A program made the position numbers and the translations under genes. A DNA stretch of 64,000 nucleotides from a virus. Location: IMG/VR virus record IMGVR_UViG_3300020118_000165, positions 7,703 to 71,702 of that record; one strand, 5' to 3'. Shown piece after piece: positions 43,564 to 52,737 of the stretch (position 1 is its first letter; each line of letters opens with the position of its first letter). Under the pieces are notes generated by a model that searched no databases, was not told the origin of the DNA, and was given only the letters and a program-made list of their open reading frames with translations.

Positions 43564-43823
43564 GCAAACAGTTAACGGATCACGAAAGAAATACATGGTG
43601 TACTTCTGCAGAACTCCGGTCTCGTTTCGTACCTCCGTTCCCAGAGAAAACGGCTTATCACTGGATACGACGATACCGAAGTACTGGCGCCATTCCGCTT
43701 TGGTGGAACGCGACATGGCACAGGAACGGCAATGAAGGCTGGGGAAGCTATGCGCAACCGGATCGCGAAGATCGGTGGGAATATCTTGGGCCGTGTCCGT
43801 CGCCAGATGAGGCAGAGTCATGA
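43560..43823 (+). CDS. Hypothetical protein
   Basis: ATGA-coupled; ends WEYLGPCPSP. Confidence 0.5.
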   Translation: MSKQLTDHERNTWCTSAELRSRFVPPFPEKTAYHWIRRYRSTGAIPLWWNATWHRNGNEGWGSYAQPDREDRWEYLGPCPSPDEAES

Positions 43824-44504
43824 GCGTTCCGACCGAAATTACCGCCGCAATCAGCTTAGCGTGGATAGGCGGCTACATGTTCGCGCGAATTACCAGAATT
43901 TGGCAGGGCATTGCTATCCTAATGGGGACGGCGCTCATTTGCGCCTTTCTAGTGGTCCAAGCATCATGACGCAAATGTGGGGCGGAGCACAGTGGGTCCT
44001 GGCAACGATGTTTGTTGTAACCACCGTCGTGCCAATCTTGGCTAAGGCGTCTGGCATAACTGAGGCCATTGAGAGGTTGCCTTCCTCATGGGGCGGCAGG
44101 TTCTCGGCCACTCTCCTGGTGCGGATCGGCCTGATCCTCATCCTCTGGTGGGGAGGGTTCTGGTCGTGAACGTCTCCGCGATCGGCAGGCAGATTAAGCG
44201 CAATGCAGGGAACATCACCAAGGTGGTCTTCTTCTGCGCTTCGCTCGGGTACTTGGTGAAGTTCTGCGGATACGATGCCAATGAAATCGCGATTGGGTCT
44301 CTAGTTGGCATGGGCGCCTTCTTCATTGGTGACCTTGCTGATAGTTTGTTCAGAGAGGCCAATAATTGAGGTCGGCGGAGGACTTGGTCGTGATTGAGCG
44401 AGATCCGGATAACGTCCGCGCCCCTCTTGCAAATGCAAAGACGTGGCATCACGGGGAAGTATGTGAGTGGAGCGATTTGCACCGCAAGCCTGATGGAGAC
44501 GACG

Positions 44505-45035
44505 ATGTTCAAATCAAGGAGGAACCGGATGAGCACCGAGCGGAAGCTGCTGCGCGAGGTCATGGCTGAGGAGATGGAGAAAAAACTACTGCCGCGCGAG
44601 CTGCTGCCCCGCGACCTGGATGGCGCTTCGCTGCGGCGCCCACATACAGAGGAGAAGCAGATGTCGCAATATGTTCCGCCGCCACCCAACCCCGACCCGA
44701 TAAAGATGGCGGGGTTGATCCTCAAGTCCGTGCACAAAGTCGGCGTCGAGGCCGGCCGGGAAGTGGACGAGGTGGCGGAGATGCTCCTGCAGGGAGCGCA
44801 GGAAGTGGCCGACAACTTGCGCAGGCTGGCCGACGCTATCCGCGGGCATAGCGACGAGGCCTCGCGGCACGTCGAGGTGTTCGCCGCCAAGGCCACGGCC
44901 GCGCTCGAGGGCGTGCGCGGGCTGGCGGAAGAGTTCAGCAGGCCCCCGCAGCCGGAGCCAGTCGCCGTCGACCTAGATGCGGCGGGCGCGGTGACGGAAG
45001 CGGCGGAGAGACTGAAAAACGGGGCGAGCGCATAG
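44505..45035 (+). CDS. Hypothetical coiled-coil protein (start uncertain)
   Basis: Preceded by the TGATGGAG motif. Confidence 0.5.
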   Translation: MFKSRRNRMSTERKLLREVMAEEMEKKLLPRELLPRDLDGASLRRPHTEEKQMSQYVPPPPNPDPIKMAGLILKSVHKVGVEAGREVDEVAEMLLQGAQEVADNLRRLADAIRGHSDEASRHVEVFAAKATAALEGVRGLAEEFSRPPQPEPVAVDLDAAGAVTEAAERLKNGASA

Positions 45036-45060
45036 TCGGCGGCGTGAAGGAGAGACGACA

Positions 45061-45255
45061 ATGACAAAGCGAGAGACCTACGCCGAGGAAGTGGCGCGGC
45101 TACAGCGCGAGATCGCGGAACGGCAGTCACGGCTCTTTCATTTAGTGCTCGGTGATCAGAGCAAAGGCGTTTCTGGGGGCCCGACTATCCAGGAGCCAGG
45201 TCGCCCCTACTGCGAGCCCGATCAATCGTGCTGCGATTTCTGCTGCGGAAACTAA
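45061..45255 (+). CDS. Small protein between 14-bp direct repeats
   Basis: AAGGAG SD; ends CCDFCCGN. Confidence 0.5.
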   Translation: MTKRETYAEEVARLQREIAERQSRLFHLVLGDQSKGVSGGPTIQEPGRPYCEPDQSCCDFCCGN

Positions 45256-45310
45256 GTGCCGCTGTCGGCGGCGTGAAATGTTATAATAAACAGTAGAGAG
45301 GAAAATACAA

Positions 45311-45610
45311 ATGCCAAAGGAAGTAGAGATTACCTGTGATAGCTGCGGCAACCAGTTAACGCGCTCCAGCAATTGCGAGGATTATCGGCTTGCGCTCTTG
45401 AACGAGCGAGTGCCGTCGGGCGGCGGGGCTGTCACCGCCATGGCGGTCTATCCAGCCATCAAACGCGATGCCTACTTTTGCGGGGTTGAGTGCTTGCGCG
45501 CTTGGCTCGACAAGGAATATCCAGCCGGACAGCAGTATCATGGCGGGAAGGCTTGGGCGGGATACTCCCGCAAGCAGCGCGCCGCAGGCGAGGAACCAAC
45601 CTATAAATAA
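45311..45610 (+). CDS. Zn-binding hypothetical protein
   Basis: CDSC...FCGVEC; upstream TGTTATAAT extended -10. Confidence 0.55.
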   Translation: MPKEVEITCDSCGNQLTRSSNCEDYRLALLNERVPSGGGAVTAMAVYPAIKRDAYFCGVECLRAWLDKEYPAGQQYHGGKAWAGYSRKQRAAGEEPTYK

Positions 45611-45643
45611 AATGCAAGCTGCAAAACCCGATGGAGAAGAACG

Positions 45644-46738
45644 ATGAACGACGCAACAGAAGTGAGAACAGAAGTGAGAGAACCGGAGATCACGGTCGTC
45701 AAGAACGAGGCCCGCGAGGCTGCGATGATGATCCCGGTGGAATCGGCAGGCGTGACCCTGCAGAACTTTGCCCAGCAGGTGGACTACGCGAAATGGATGG
45801 CGCAGGCCGGGTTCGCGATCAACAAGGATCTGCGCGAGAACGTCGGCGCTTGCCTCGCCGTCCTCGATATGTCGCAGCGGTGGGGGTTCGCGCCCTACCA
45901 GGTCGCGCGGCTCTGCTACCAGGTAAACGGGACGATGGCGCTGGAGAGTCAGTTGATCCACGCGGTTATCGAGAAGTTCGCCCCGCTCGCGCAGCGCCTG
46001 CGGTGCTCGTACGAGGGCGAGGGCGCGGACCGAAGGTGCATCGTCACCGGGCACATCAGGGGGGAGGTCGATCCGCTGATCTACACTTCGCCGAAAGTCG
46101 GGAACATCAAGCCCAAAAATTCACCGCTTTGGTCGACCGACGTTGACCAACAATTATGGTATTTCTCGAGCCGCTCCTGGTGCCGCAAATACTGCCCCGA
46201 CATCCTGATGGGCATCTATGGCCGGGACGAGGTCATGGATTCCAACATCGGCGCGGCGAACGCCATCGACGTGTCCCCCGGCGTCGCAGCCGGCCTGCAC
46301 GAGCGCCTCAAGGAGGCCAAGGCCAACGGCGCGGCCGAGGAGGGCTTCCAGGACGGGGCCGTCCATGCCGAGCTGGAGGCCGGCCAGGACGAGCAGGCGA
46401 AGCCGCCCAGGGGCCGGGGCAAGAAGGCGGCTACCGAGCCAGCCCCGGCGCAGACCACCATCAGCGGCCACGCCAAGCCCGCTGAGGGCCATTCCGAGAA
46501 GAAGGCAGAGGAGGCCAAGCCGGAGCCGAAGGCCGAGCCCAAGCTGCCCAAGACCGTGAAGCAGTACCGGCAGTGGGTCGTCGGCTGGCTACCGACGCTC
46601 GATTCGGCCGACGCCATCGACGACCGCTGGCGGGAGGAGAGAAAGTTGCGCAACGCCTGTGGCCTCGTCGAGGACGAGAGAAAAGAGGTCAAGCTCTTGG
46701 TCGACGGGCGGGTGGCCGCGTTGAGGGGAGGTGCATGA
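45644..46738 (+). CDS. RecT-family single-strand annealing protein
   Basis: ESQL..AV, NSPLW..D..QQL.Y...R.WCR.YCPD.LMG.Y..DE; same operon as the RecE-like gene. Confidence 0.85.
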   Translation: MNDATEVRTEVREPEITVVKNEAREAAMMIPVESAGVTLQNFAQQVDYAKWMAQAGFAINKDLRENVGACLAVLDMSQRWGFAPYQVARLCYQVNGTMALESQLIHAVIEKFAPLAQRLRCSYEGEGADRRCIVTGHIRGEVDPLIYTSPKVGNIKPKNSPLWSTDVDQQLWYFSSRSWCRKYCPDILMGIYGRDEVMDSNIGAANAIDVSPGVAAGLHERLKEAKANGAAEEGFQDGAVHAELEAGQDEQAKPPRGRGKKAATEPAPAQTTISGHAKPAEGHSEKKAEEAKPEPKAEPKLPKTVKQYRQWVVGWLPTLDSADAIDDRWREERKLRNACGLVEDERKEVKLLVDGRVAALRGGA

Positions 46739-47046
46739 TGTTTGATCCCCAAAAAACGCTTAAAGAACTGTACGACGAAAAGATCATCAGCGGCATGATA
46801 TATAATAGTTTGTCGTTTGCCGACATTAATACAGTAGGAGATATTATCGCTCGTTCAGACAAAGACCTTCTGAAAAACTATGGGTTCGGTCGAACGGGTC
46901 TTAGGGAGGTGCGGCGCTTATTTGGAGCGTCAACTCACAAGGTCGACCACATTCAAAAGTGGCGGAGCGCCGTCATTGCCGGACACACTCTTTTAGGCTT
47001 TGACGAGTGGTGGGCAGAAAATGGAGCCGCCGTTATGAAAAAATAG
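46735..47046 (+). CDS. RNA polymerase alpha C-terminal-domain-like protein
   Basis: YNSLSFADINTVGDIIARSDKDLLKNYGFGRTGLREV resembles the alpha-CTD HhH signature; ATGA-coupled. Confidence 0.7.
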   Translation: MMFDPQKTLKELYDEKIISGMIYNSLSFADINTVGDIIARSDKDLLKNYGFGRTGLREVRRLFGASTHKVDHIQKWRSAVIAGHTLLGFDEWWAENGAAVMKK

Positions 47047-47255
47047 CGCGCCGCGCTGACGATCCCACCTATCCCCAGGGAGGAACCGGGAAGGTGGGTT
47101 GCGTTGCGCAGCGCGCCCGGAACGAGGTTGCTTAGGCCTCGCGCCGTTTCGGTATAAACAGAGCGGAGGACAATATGGAAAATATGAATATGAAACCAGA
47201 CGTAGGGTCACGCTGGCAAAGCGACGAAATTCGTACGGTTGTACAAAACAATCCC

Positions 47256-47816
47256 TTACTTTTCCTCGCCCTTCGAGGGGACGACGGCGAACTTGAGGGG
47301 CGGGAGTTCCACCGTGATCGGCCACGCCCCGTAGAACGGGAAGCACTCGAACACCAGCGTCGATTTGTACGTCGCCTCGCCCCACGGCATGTTGAGCGGC
47401 ACCTGCCAGTCCCGGCTCGTGTTGAGCTCATACCTGGGGAACCCGAGGTCAATCGTCGGCATATTGTGCGAGAAGCCGACCGGGGCCAGGGAATCAATGA
47501 ATTCGGCGGTGATGCGCACGTTCACGCAGTCCGGCCGCAGCCATTTAACCTGGCGCTCGACCGTGAATACGCCGCCGCGCGTAACCTGCGGGGTCGTGGT
47601 CTCGCTCTGCAAGACCTTGATCGGCGTCATGCGGCCCAGGAAAGCGAGCGCGACGCAGATCCCCACCGACAAAGACGTTACGAGCGGACCGTAGCGGCGG
47701 CTAGCTGTGCCACCAGGCTTTGACGATGGAGGAGATGGCCGCCGCGATCGGGACTGCTGCGCCGATGTAGCGGACGTATTTGCGGACGCTTTCCCAGAAA
47801 GCGTGCCTTTTCTCAT
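47256..47816 (-). CDS. Membrane-anchored hypothetical protein at the end of the lysis cassette (start uncertain)
   Basis: TM segment then beta-rich domain with two Cys. Confidence 0.45.
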   Translation of the reverse strand: MRKGTLSGKASANTSATSAQQSRSRRPSPPSSKPGGTASRRYGPLVTSLSVGICVALAFLGRMTPIKVLQSETTTPQVTRGGVFTVERQVKWLRPDCVNVRITAEFIDSLAPVGFSHNMPTIDLGFPRYELNTSRDWQVPLNMPWGEATYKSTLVFECFPFYGAWPITVELPPLKFAVVPSKGEEK

Positions 47817-47907
47817 CTAATGCACTCCCGTAGCGCCATTGCTGCGCCTCTTTCGAGGTCGCGCGCCGACGCGGCATCTTCGCGACTTCGTCATCGTATT
47901 TGCTCAT
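47701..47907 (-). CDS. Small membrane protein
   Basis: C-terminal TM. Confidence 0.45.
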   Translation of the reverse strand: MSKYDDEVAKMPRRRATSKEAQQWRYGSALDEKRHAFWESVRKYVRYIGAAVPIAAAISSIVKAWWHS

Positions 47908-47933
47908 CTAAGTGCGTTCCCAACACCTTAAAT

Positions 47934-48404
47934 CTAGTGTTTTAGGATGCTTATTATCAAAGCGCCGATCGACCCGACCGCCGATAACCCCACGAACGCG
48001 CCAGCCACCACGGCGCCGACTCCGCTGATCCCCTGTGATTTCCCAGCGATCGCCGATTCAAGTTTGGTCAGGCGCGTCTCTAGTGAGGATAGCTTTTCGC
48101 TGAGAGCGATATGCTGGGCGCCATACTCCGCGCGCGGCAGCAGAGTCGCCGTCTGGTCCTGCATTGCGCCGCGAAGCTCGTTCAGCCCGTCGAAGCGCTT
48201 GTCGGCGGCGATCTCGGCCTTGGATATGGCCTTCTCGGCCGAGATCATTGCTGTCGACACGCTCTTCTCGGCCGACAGGAACCGCTCTTTATTGCGGTCC
48301 TCTCGCTCTGCGGCTTCTTTCTTCACCGCATCGATTGCGCTGGTCAGATACCTTTCTAGAGTATCCAGCGTCCACCCATGCGGGCTGCACTTGGTGGCGG
48401 TCAC
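47934..48404 (-). CDS. Coiled-coil protein with C-terminal TM (lysis accessory)
   Basis: KAE.A.DKRFDGLNELRG...LPRAEY; C-terminal TM. Confidence 0.6.
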   Translation of the reverse strand: MTATKCSPHGWTLDTLERYLTSAIDAVKKEAAEREDRNKERFLSAEKSVSTAMISAEKAISKAEIAADKRFDGLNELRGAMQDQTATLLPRAEYGAQHIALSEKLSSLETRLTKLESAIAGKSQGISGVGAVVAGAFVGLSAVGSIGALIISILKH

Positions 48405-48428
48405 AGCTTCGCCCCCGGGCGCGCATCA

Positions 48429-48776
48429 TCATGTCGGCTGGGGAGCTGCGGCCGGCTCTGCCGCCCCGCCCGGCGCGGCGGCCTGCGCGTGGCTCGATAT
48501 CTGCTGCAGGTGGGTGGAGAGCACCGTCGCGATCGCCTGCGGGTCGTGCCCCGCGCTCTGCAGCGCCTGCCCCATCTTCAAGAGCCCCTGGATGATGGGG
48601 ATGAAGGGGACGATCACCGCCAGCGGCGGGAACACCGTCGCCAGGATCGGAAGGAGGCTGACGAAGGCCGAGATGCCGCCCTCCGCCTCCGCCAGGTTGA
48701 TCTGCGGCAGCTGGAACGGCTGGCCGGGAACGAAGGTCGGCGGATGAGCGGGCTGCTCGGTCATGTTCGCGGGCAT
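48429..48776 (-). CDS. Membrane protein in the lysis cassette
   Basis: Central hydrophobic segment; AGGAGG SD. Confidence 0.6.
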   Translation of the reverse strand: MPANMTEQPAHPPTFVPGQPFQLPQINLAEAEGGISAFVSLLPILATVFPPLAVIVPFIPIIQGLLKMGQALQSAGHDPQAIATVLSTHLQQISSHAQAAAPGGAAEPAAAPQPT

Positions 48777-48790
48777 AAAAGCCTCCTGTT

Positions 48791-50296
48791 CTACTTCGGC
48801 GGGAGCGACTGCGGCGTCACGGAGCTCGTGCCGAAAGTCCGGAACAAGATCGTCGCGACCTGGGTAACTGCCTGGATGACAAACACAATCGTCGTCTGAG
48901 TACTTGCATCCAAATTCATCTTGCCTCCTGAGAACAACGCTAGTGCTGAGGCCGCTATGCCAACGACCTGGGTCCAGTTGATTTTGGATTGGAAAGGGCT
49001 GATGACTGGAACATTAGCTGTTGTTGGCGTCGGCATGGTTTCCTCCGTTGGTTTCTGGCTAGACGAGACGATTGCCACGTCCACTCTTCCCTTGCCATCA
49101 ATGCCGATGACCCGGGCCGCAGCTGGCGTCAAGTCGATGCCAGCCCCATTCGTTCGTGGATCAGACTCCGCGCGCGGGCGAGTCTTGGTTTCCCACCAGG
49201 GATCGGCCGGCCACCCGGGGCGACCGTCGTACCAAGGGCCAACGTCCACGGGCGGGACCGCGATAATCCCCTTTGGCCCCCGGACGTAGACGTGCGGCCT
49301 GTCCCCCTTGAAGTGGAATGGCAGGGCGCAACCCATCTCGGCGTCGGTGATCTCGTGCTCGTCGTAGGCCGATTTATTTGGGTCTGCGGCGCCGCCGAAC
49401 ACCGTGGCGGTGATCCCGGTAATCCATTGCAGCGCCGGTTCCGCTGGCCTGGGGAGCTGAAGTGTGGGCTGTGACGTGGGGAGCGTCTGGGTCTCTGTCC
49501 CCGAGCGCACGACCGGCGGAGCAGGGAGCATCCGCTCAAAGTCAGCTATCCGCTTCTGCACGTCCTGGACAATTCCCTGCTTCAGCGTCTCGATGTCCTG
49601 AAGGATGCCGGTCTCTTTCAACAGGAACTGTCTGATCCGGTCCAGGACGTCGCCGTCGGCGGCCGTCGGGGGAATCACGGTGACTTGTGTCGGGGGCTGG
49701 ACGGTCACTTCCGGCAAGGAGATCGGCTGCTGCTGCGGCACTGGCGCGTCCGCGTGCGCGTTGTAGGTCGCCTGGAAGTGCATGGCGTCCTTGGTGCCGT
49801 TGAAATCCCCGCCCCAGCACCAGCCCTCCGCCAGACACGCGTCGATGAACCAGCGCGGCAGCATCTCGCCATTGTCGGCCCACGCCCGCCCGTTGGGGTT
49901 CTCGTCCGGCGCTATGTCGAAGGCGGCGCCGTAGGCGTGCAGCGACAACGAGGAGGGCGAGTTGACGTTGGCGCGGTAGTTGTAGGACCCCCCCCACTCC
50001 GAGAGGTGGGCCTTGTCGATCGCGGCTTGGTCGTGCCCCACATAGTCCCACACCGCCTGCAGGATGCGCTCGAGCGATTCGGCGCACTTCTTGTTGATAC
50101 GGATCTTGGTGACTTGCTGGCCCCCGTCCCGCATTACCCACGGCGGCGTCACGTAGACGAGGTTCTCGTTCTCCCAGGCTGGGCTGGCACCGCCGTTACC
50201 ACGCGGGTTGCCGTAGAACGCGTCGAGGTCGCCGGCCTTGCCCTCGTGCGGCCAGTCGCGCAGAGCGAGCGTGGGGAACGGATACTTAGCGGACAT
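48791..50296 (-). CDS. Endolysin: M15 peptidase, DPBB/RlpA-like domain and C-terminal holin-like two-TM segment
   Basis: YNYR...SLHAYGAAFDI...WGGDF...DAMHFQ; DVGPW...IDLTPAAA; FQSKINW plus 2 TMs. Confidence 0.8.
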   Translation of the reverse strand: MSAKYPFPTLALRDWPHEGKAGDLDAFYGNPRGNGGASPAWENENLVYVTPPWVMRDGGQQVTKIRINKKCAESLERILQAVWDYVGHDQAAIDKAHLSEWGGSYNYRANVNSPSSLSLHAYGAAFDIAPDENPNGRAWADNGEMLPRWFIDACLAEGWCWGGDFNGTKDAMHFQATYNAHADAPVPQQQPISLPEVTVQPPTQVTVIPPTAADGDVLDRIRQFLLKETGILQDIETLKQGIVQDVQKRIADFERMLPAPPVVRSGTETQTLPTSQPTLQLPRPAEPALQWITGITATVFGGAADPNKSAYDEHEITDAEMGCALPFHFKGDRPHVYVRGPKGIIAVPPVDVGPWYDGRPGWPADPWWETKTRPRAESDPRTNGAGIDLTPAAARVIGIDGKGRVDVAIVSSSQKPTEETMPTPTTANVPVISPFQSKINWTQVVGIAASALALFSGGKMNLDASTQTTIVFVIQAVTQVATILFRTFGTSSVTPQSLPPK

Positions 50297-50944
50297 CTAC
50301 GTCACCGCCTTCTGCAACGCTGCCTTGTAGTACGCCATCCGGTGAAATGCAAAAATTCCGAGAGGGTCGCCAGGCAGCGGCGCCCCGGCCACGAAGGTCA
50401 GCTGCTCCGGGTGCACGTACTCCTCGGGCGGGAAGCTGAACGGCAACCCGGTGACGATGTCGTGGTGCGCCGTGTCCCCATTTCGGTAGCTCGCCGCCGG
50501 CACGCTGGCGATGATCCTCGCGAGCGGCGAGAACCCCGGCTTCGGCGATCCGAAGCACACCCGCCGCGCCGGCTTGATCCCGTCGAGCAGCATCAGCCCA
50601 CACAAGATCGACGCCCGCGCCGCGCCTAGCGAGTGGCCGGTGACGACCGGAGGAAAATCCATCAGCTGCGGCTTTATCTCGCTCCAGGCGTGCTCCATGC
50701 CCAACAGGAAACCCGGGTGCACGGGCCCGAGCGCGTGGTGCGTGAACGGCGACGCGAGCGCGATGAGGTCGCGTATCCAGTCCGCGACCGTGTGCGACCC
50801 GCGCAGGACGATGACGTCGCCGTCGCTGCTGCGCTCGATGGCCCAGCAGATGCCGTCGTCCTCGCCGGCGTCGAACACGGCGAAGTCGCGGTTGTCTTCA
50901 TAGATAGCCTCGCACAGAATGGCGCACTGCGTGTCGGAGATCAT
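50297..50944 (-). CDS. Class 3 lipase (alpha/beta hydrolase)
   Basis: LRGS, VHPGF, TGHSLGAA, FGSP, DIV..LP. Confidence 0.88.
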   Translation of the reverse strand: MISDTQCAILCEAIYEDNRDFAVFDAGEDDGICWAIERSSDGDVIVLRGSHTVADWIRDLIALASPFTHHALGPVHPGFLLGMEHAWSEIKPQLMDFPPVVTGHSLGAARASILCGLMLLDGIKPARRVCFGSPKPGFSPLARIIASVPAASYRNGDTAHHDIVTGLPFSFPPEEYVHPEQLTFVAGAPLPGDPLGIFAFHRMAYYKAALQKAVT

Positions 50945-50956
50945 GGCACCCCTACT

Positions 50957-52078
50957 TTAAGCGGCGTCCTGCCGCCTCCTCTTTGGCAATAGGAACTCCA
51001 CGTCTGGCCGGCCGAGCAGGTCGGCCGTGTTACCCGAGAAGCTGCGGACGTACTTGATCAGCTGCTCCCGGTGCCTCAGCCACGCGCGCCAGAACGCGGC
51101 GCAGGCGTTCCACCGCTGGTGGCGGATGAAGTGCTGGGCTTCGACCTTCATGGGCACCCCGCACAGCAATACCCGGCCGTGGTGCAGTTCCTGGAACGCG
51201 ATCTTCGCCGCGAACAGCCCGGATGAGCCGCCCCAATGGTCGGTCAAGAAATTGGTCACCACCCCGCGCTGCGTCCGGTGTGACCATACTTGGTCAGGCT
51301 CTGGGTACCCCGCGCTTCGTCGCTTGCTGAGCCAGCCCGGTATCTTGTCAGGGTGCAGCGACACTGCGACGCATTTCTCCGCGAACTGGGCGATCATGTC
51401 GTTGACGACGAAGAACTCCGGCGCGACGCCGGCGATTCGGCAAAGCTCCCGCGCTTGCTCGACCTCCTGCCAGACGCTCTCTGACCCGCCGACGACGACG
51501 GCGACTCGCTCTCCCGCAGGCACCGGAGCAGGCGCAGCAGCCCCTCGTTCAGCGGCGTCCGCCGTGGCCTCAAAGACGATCGACTCGATCTCATTATATT
51601 TTTCCCCGATGACCCGGTGGTGACCCTCCACGTTCTGTAGTTCAGGTCGCTCCGACTGGTGGACGCGGCATTCCCGTACTTCGCCGAAGCCGCAGAACGG
51701 CAGGGTGGCCGCCATGAGCGACGCGGTCCACGCCGTCTTGTGGCCATGGCGGTTGAGTATCGCGTCCACCGCGCCGCGCCTGTCAGGCGAGCATCCCCAC
51801 TTGGCGGCGAGCTTGTGGTAGTCCGCATCCTCGCACTTCGCCACCTTCTCGACCGAAGGCACCACGACGCGGAGCACTCCGCCAGGCGTGAGGACGCGCG
51901 AGCACTCCCGGAAGAACTCGATCGCCGCGTAGTAGTCCACGTGCTCGACGCAGTGCTCTATGAAGATGAAGTCGGCGCTGCCGCCTGGCCACGGCAGGCG
52001 CTTGGAGATGTCCACGTCGGCGTCGTGGTTCTCCCATCCCGGGAGCTTGTTCGTGCCGCATCCGAGATTTAGCCGCAT
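50957..52078 (-). CDS. SAM methyltransferase fused to a Maf/DUF115-like domain
   Basis: LNLGCG, EHCVEH, RVLTPGG; then VVVGG, VVND, GGSSGLFA, LLCGVPM. Confidence 0.75.
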   Translation of the reverse strand: MRLNLGCGTNKLPGWENHDADVDISKRLPWPGGSADFIFIEHCVEHVDYYAAIEFFRECSRVLTPGGVLRVVVPSVEKVAKCEDADYHKLAAKWGCSPDRRGAVDAILNRHGHKTAWTASLMAATLPFCGFGEVRECRVHQSERPELQNVEGHHRVIGEKYNEIESIVFEATADAAERGAAAPAPVPAGERVAVVVGGSESVWQEVEQARELCRIAGVAPEFFVVNDMIAQFAEKCVAVSLHPDKIPGWLSKRRSAGYPEPDQVWSHRTQRGVVTNFLTDHWGGSSGLFAAKIAFQELHHGRVLLCGVPMKVEAQHFIRHQRWNACAAFWRAWLRHREQLIKYVRSFSGNTADLLGRPDVEFLLPKRRRQDAA

Positions 52079-52737
52079 CCGACGAGTCTCTCGCGCAGAT
52101 CGTTGCGGGCGAAGATCATGTTGTTGACGGCCCAGGAATGGAGGAAATAGCCACTGGCCGTGAGCAGTCCCCGCAGGTCTCCGCTCGCGTCCCGGTCAGC
52201 AGTGAACGCCTCGGCGCACACGATCTTCGGAGTCGAGTCCGCTGCCCAATCGACGCTCGCCAGTATCTCCATGTCCAAGCCCTCAGCATCAACCGTCAGC
52301 AGGTCGGGAAACTTGCCGTTCACGATCTCACGGACAGTCAGGATCGGCACCTCGATCTCCGAGGTAACGCAGTGCTTGGCGGCGAGGGAATGGTCGAACG
52401 AGCTAAGCCCAGGTGCCAGCGTGCGGTATAGGCGCATCATCCCAGGCTTCGCACCGACGCCCGCGCATATATTATCGTCCTCCGGCCGATGCCGGCGGAA
52501 CTCCTCCATCAAGTCCGGGTTCGGCTCCACGTTGATTCCCCTACCTCCGCGCTCGTACATCAGCGCCGTGTTGCTCAGGTGGTAGGGATGATGCGCGCCG
52601 ATATCCAGCCACGACGGCTTGTAGATTTTAAGCTGGTGGAACATGGCGAGCATGATGAGGTCGTCGCCGTGCTGCGCGTAGGTCTTTCCGCCGAAAACTT
52701 GGTCGGCGTGGTCAGACCATGGCAGGTCGTAGTTCAA
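52069..52737 (-). CDS. FkbM-family methyltransferase
   Basis: YAQHGDD, LDIGAHHP..LSNT, GINVEPNP, DLLTVDAEGLD. Confidence 0.88.
   Translation of the reverse strand: MNYDLPWSDHADQVFGGKTYAQHGDDLIMLAMFHQLKIYKPSWLDIGAHHPYHLSNTALMYERGGRGINVEPNPDLMEEFRRHRPEDDNICAGVGAKPGMMRLYRTLAPGLSSFDHSLAAKHCVTSEIEVPILTVREIVNGKFPDLLTVDAEGLDMEILASVDWAADSTPKIVCAEAFTADRDASGDLRGLLTASGYFLHSWAVNNMIFARNDLRERLVGCG

Noticed and set aside
47047-47152. Further stems (cccacct/aggtggg, cgagg/cctcg) as a separate ncRNA
   Set aside because: Lies at the convergent operon junction where terminator hairpins are expected; pairing is imperfect
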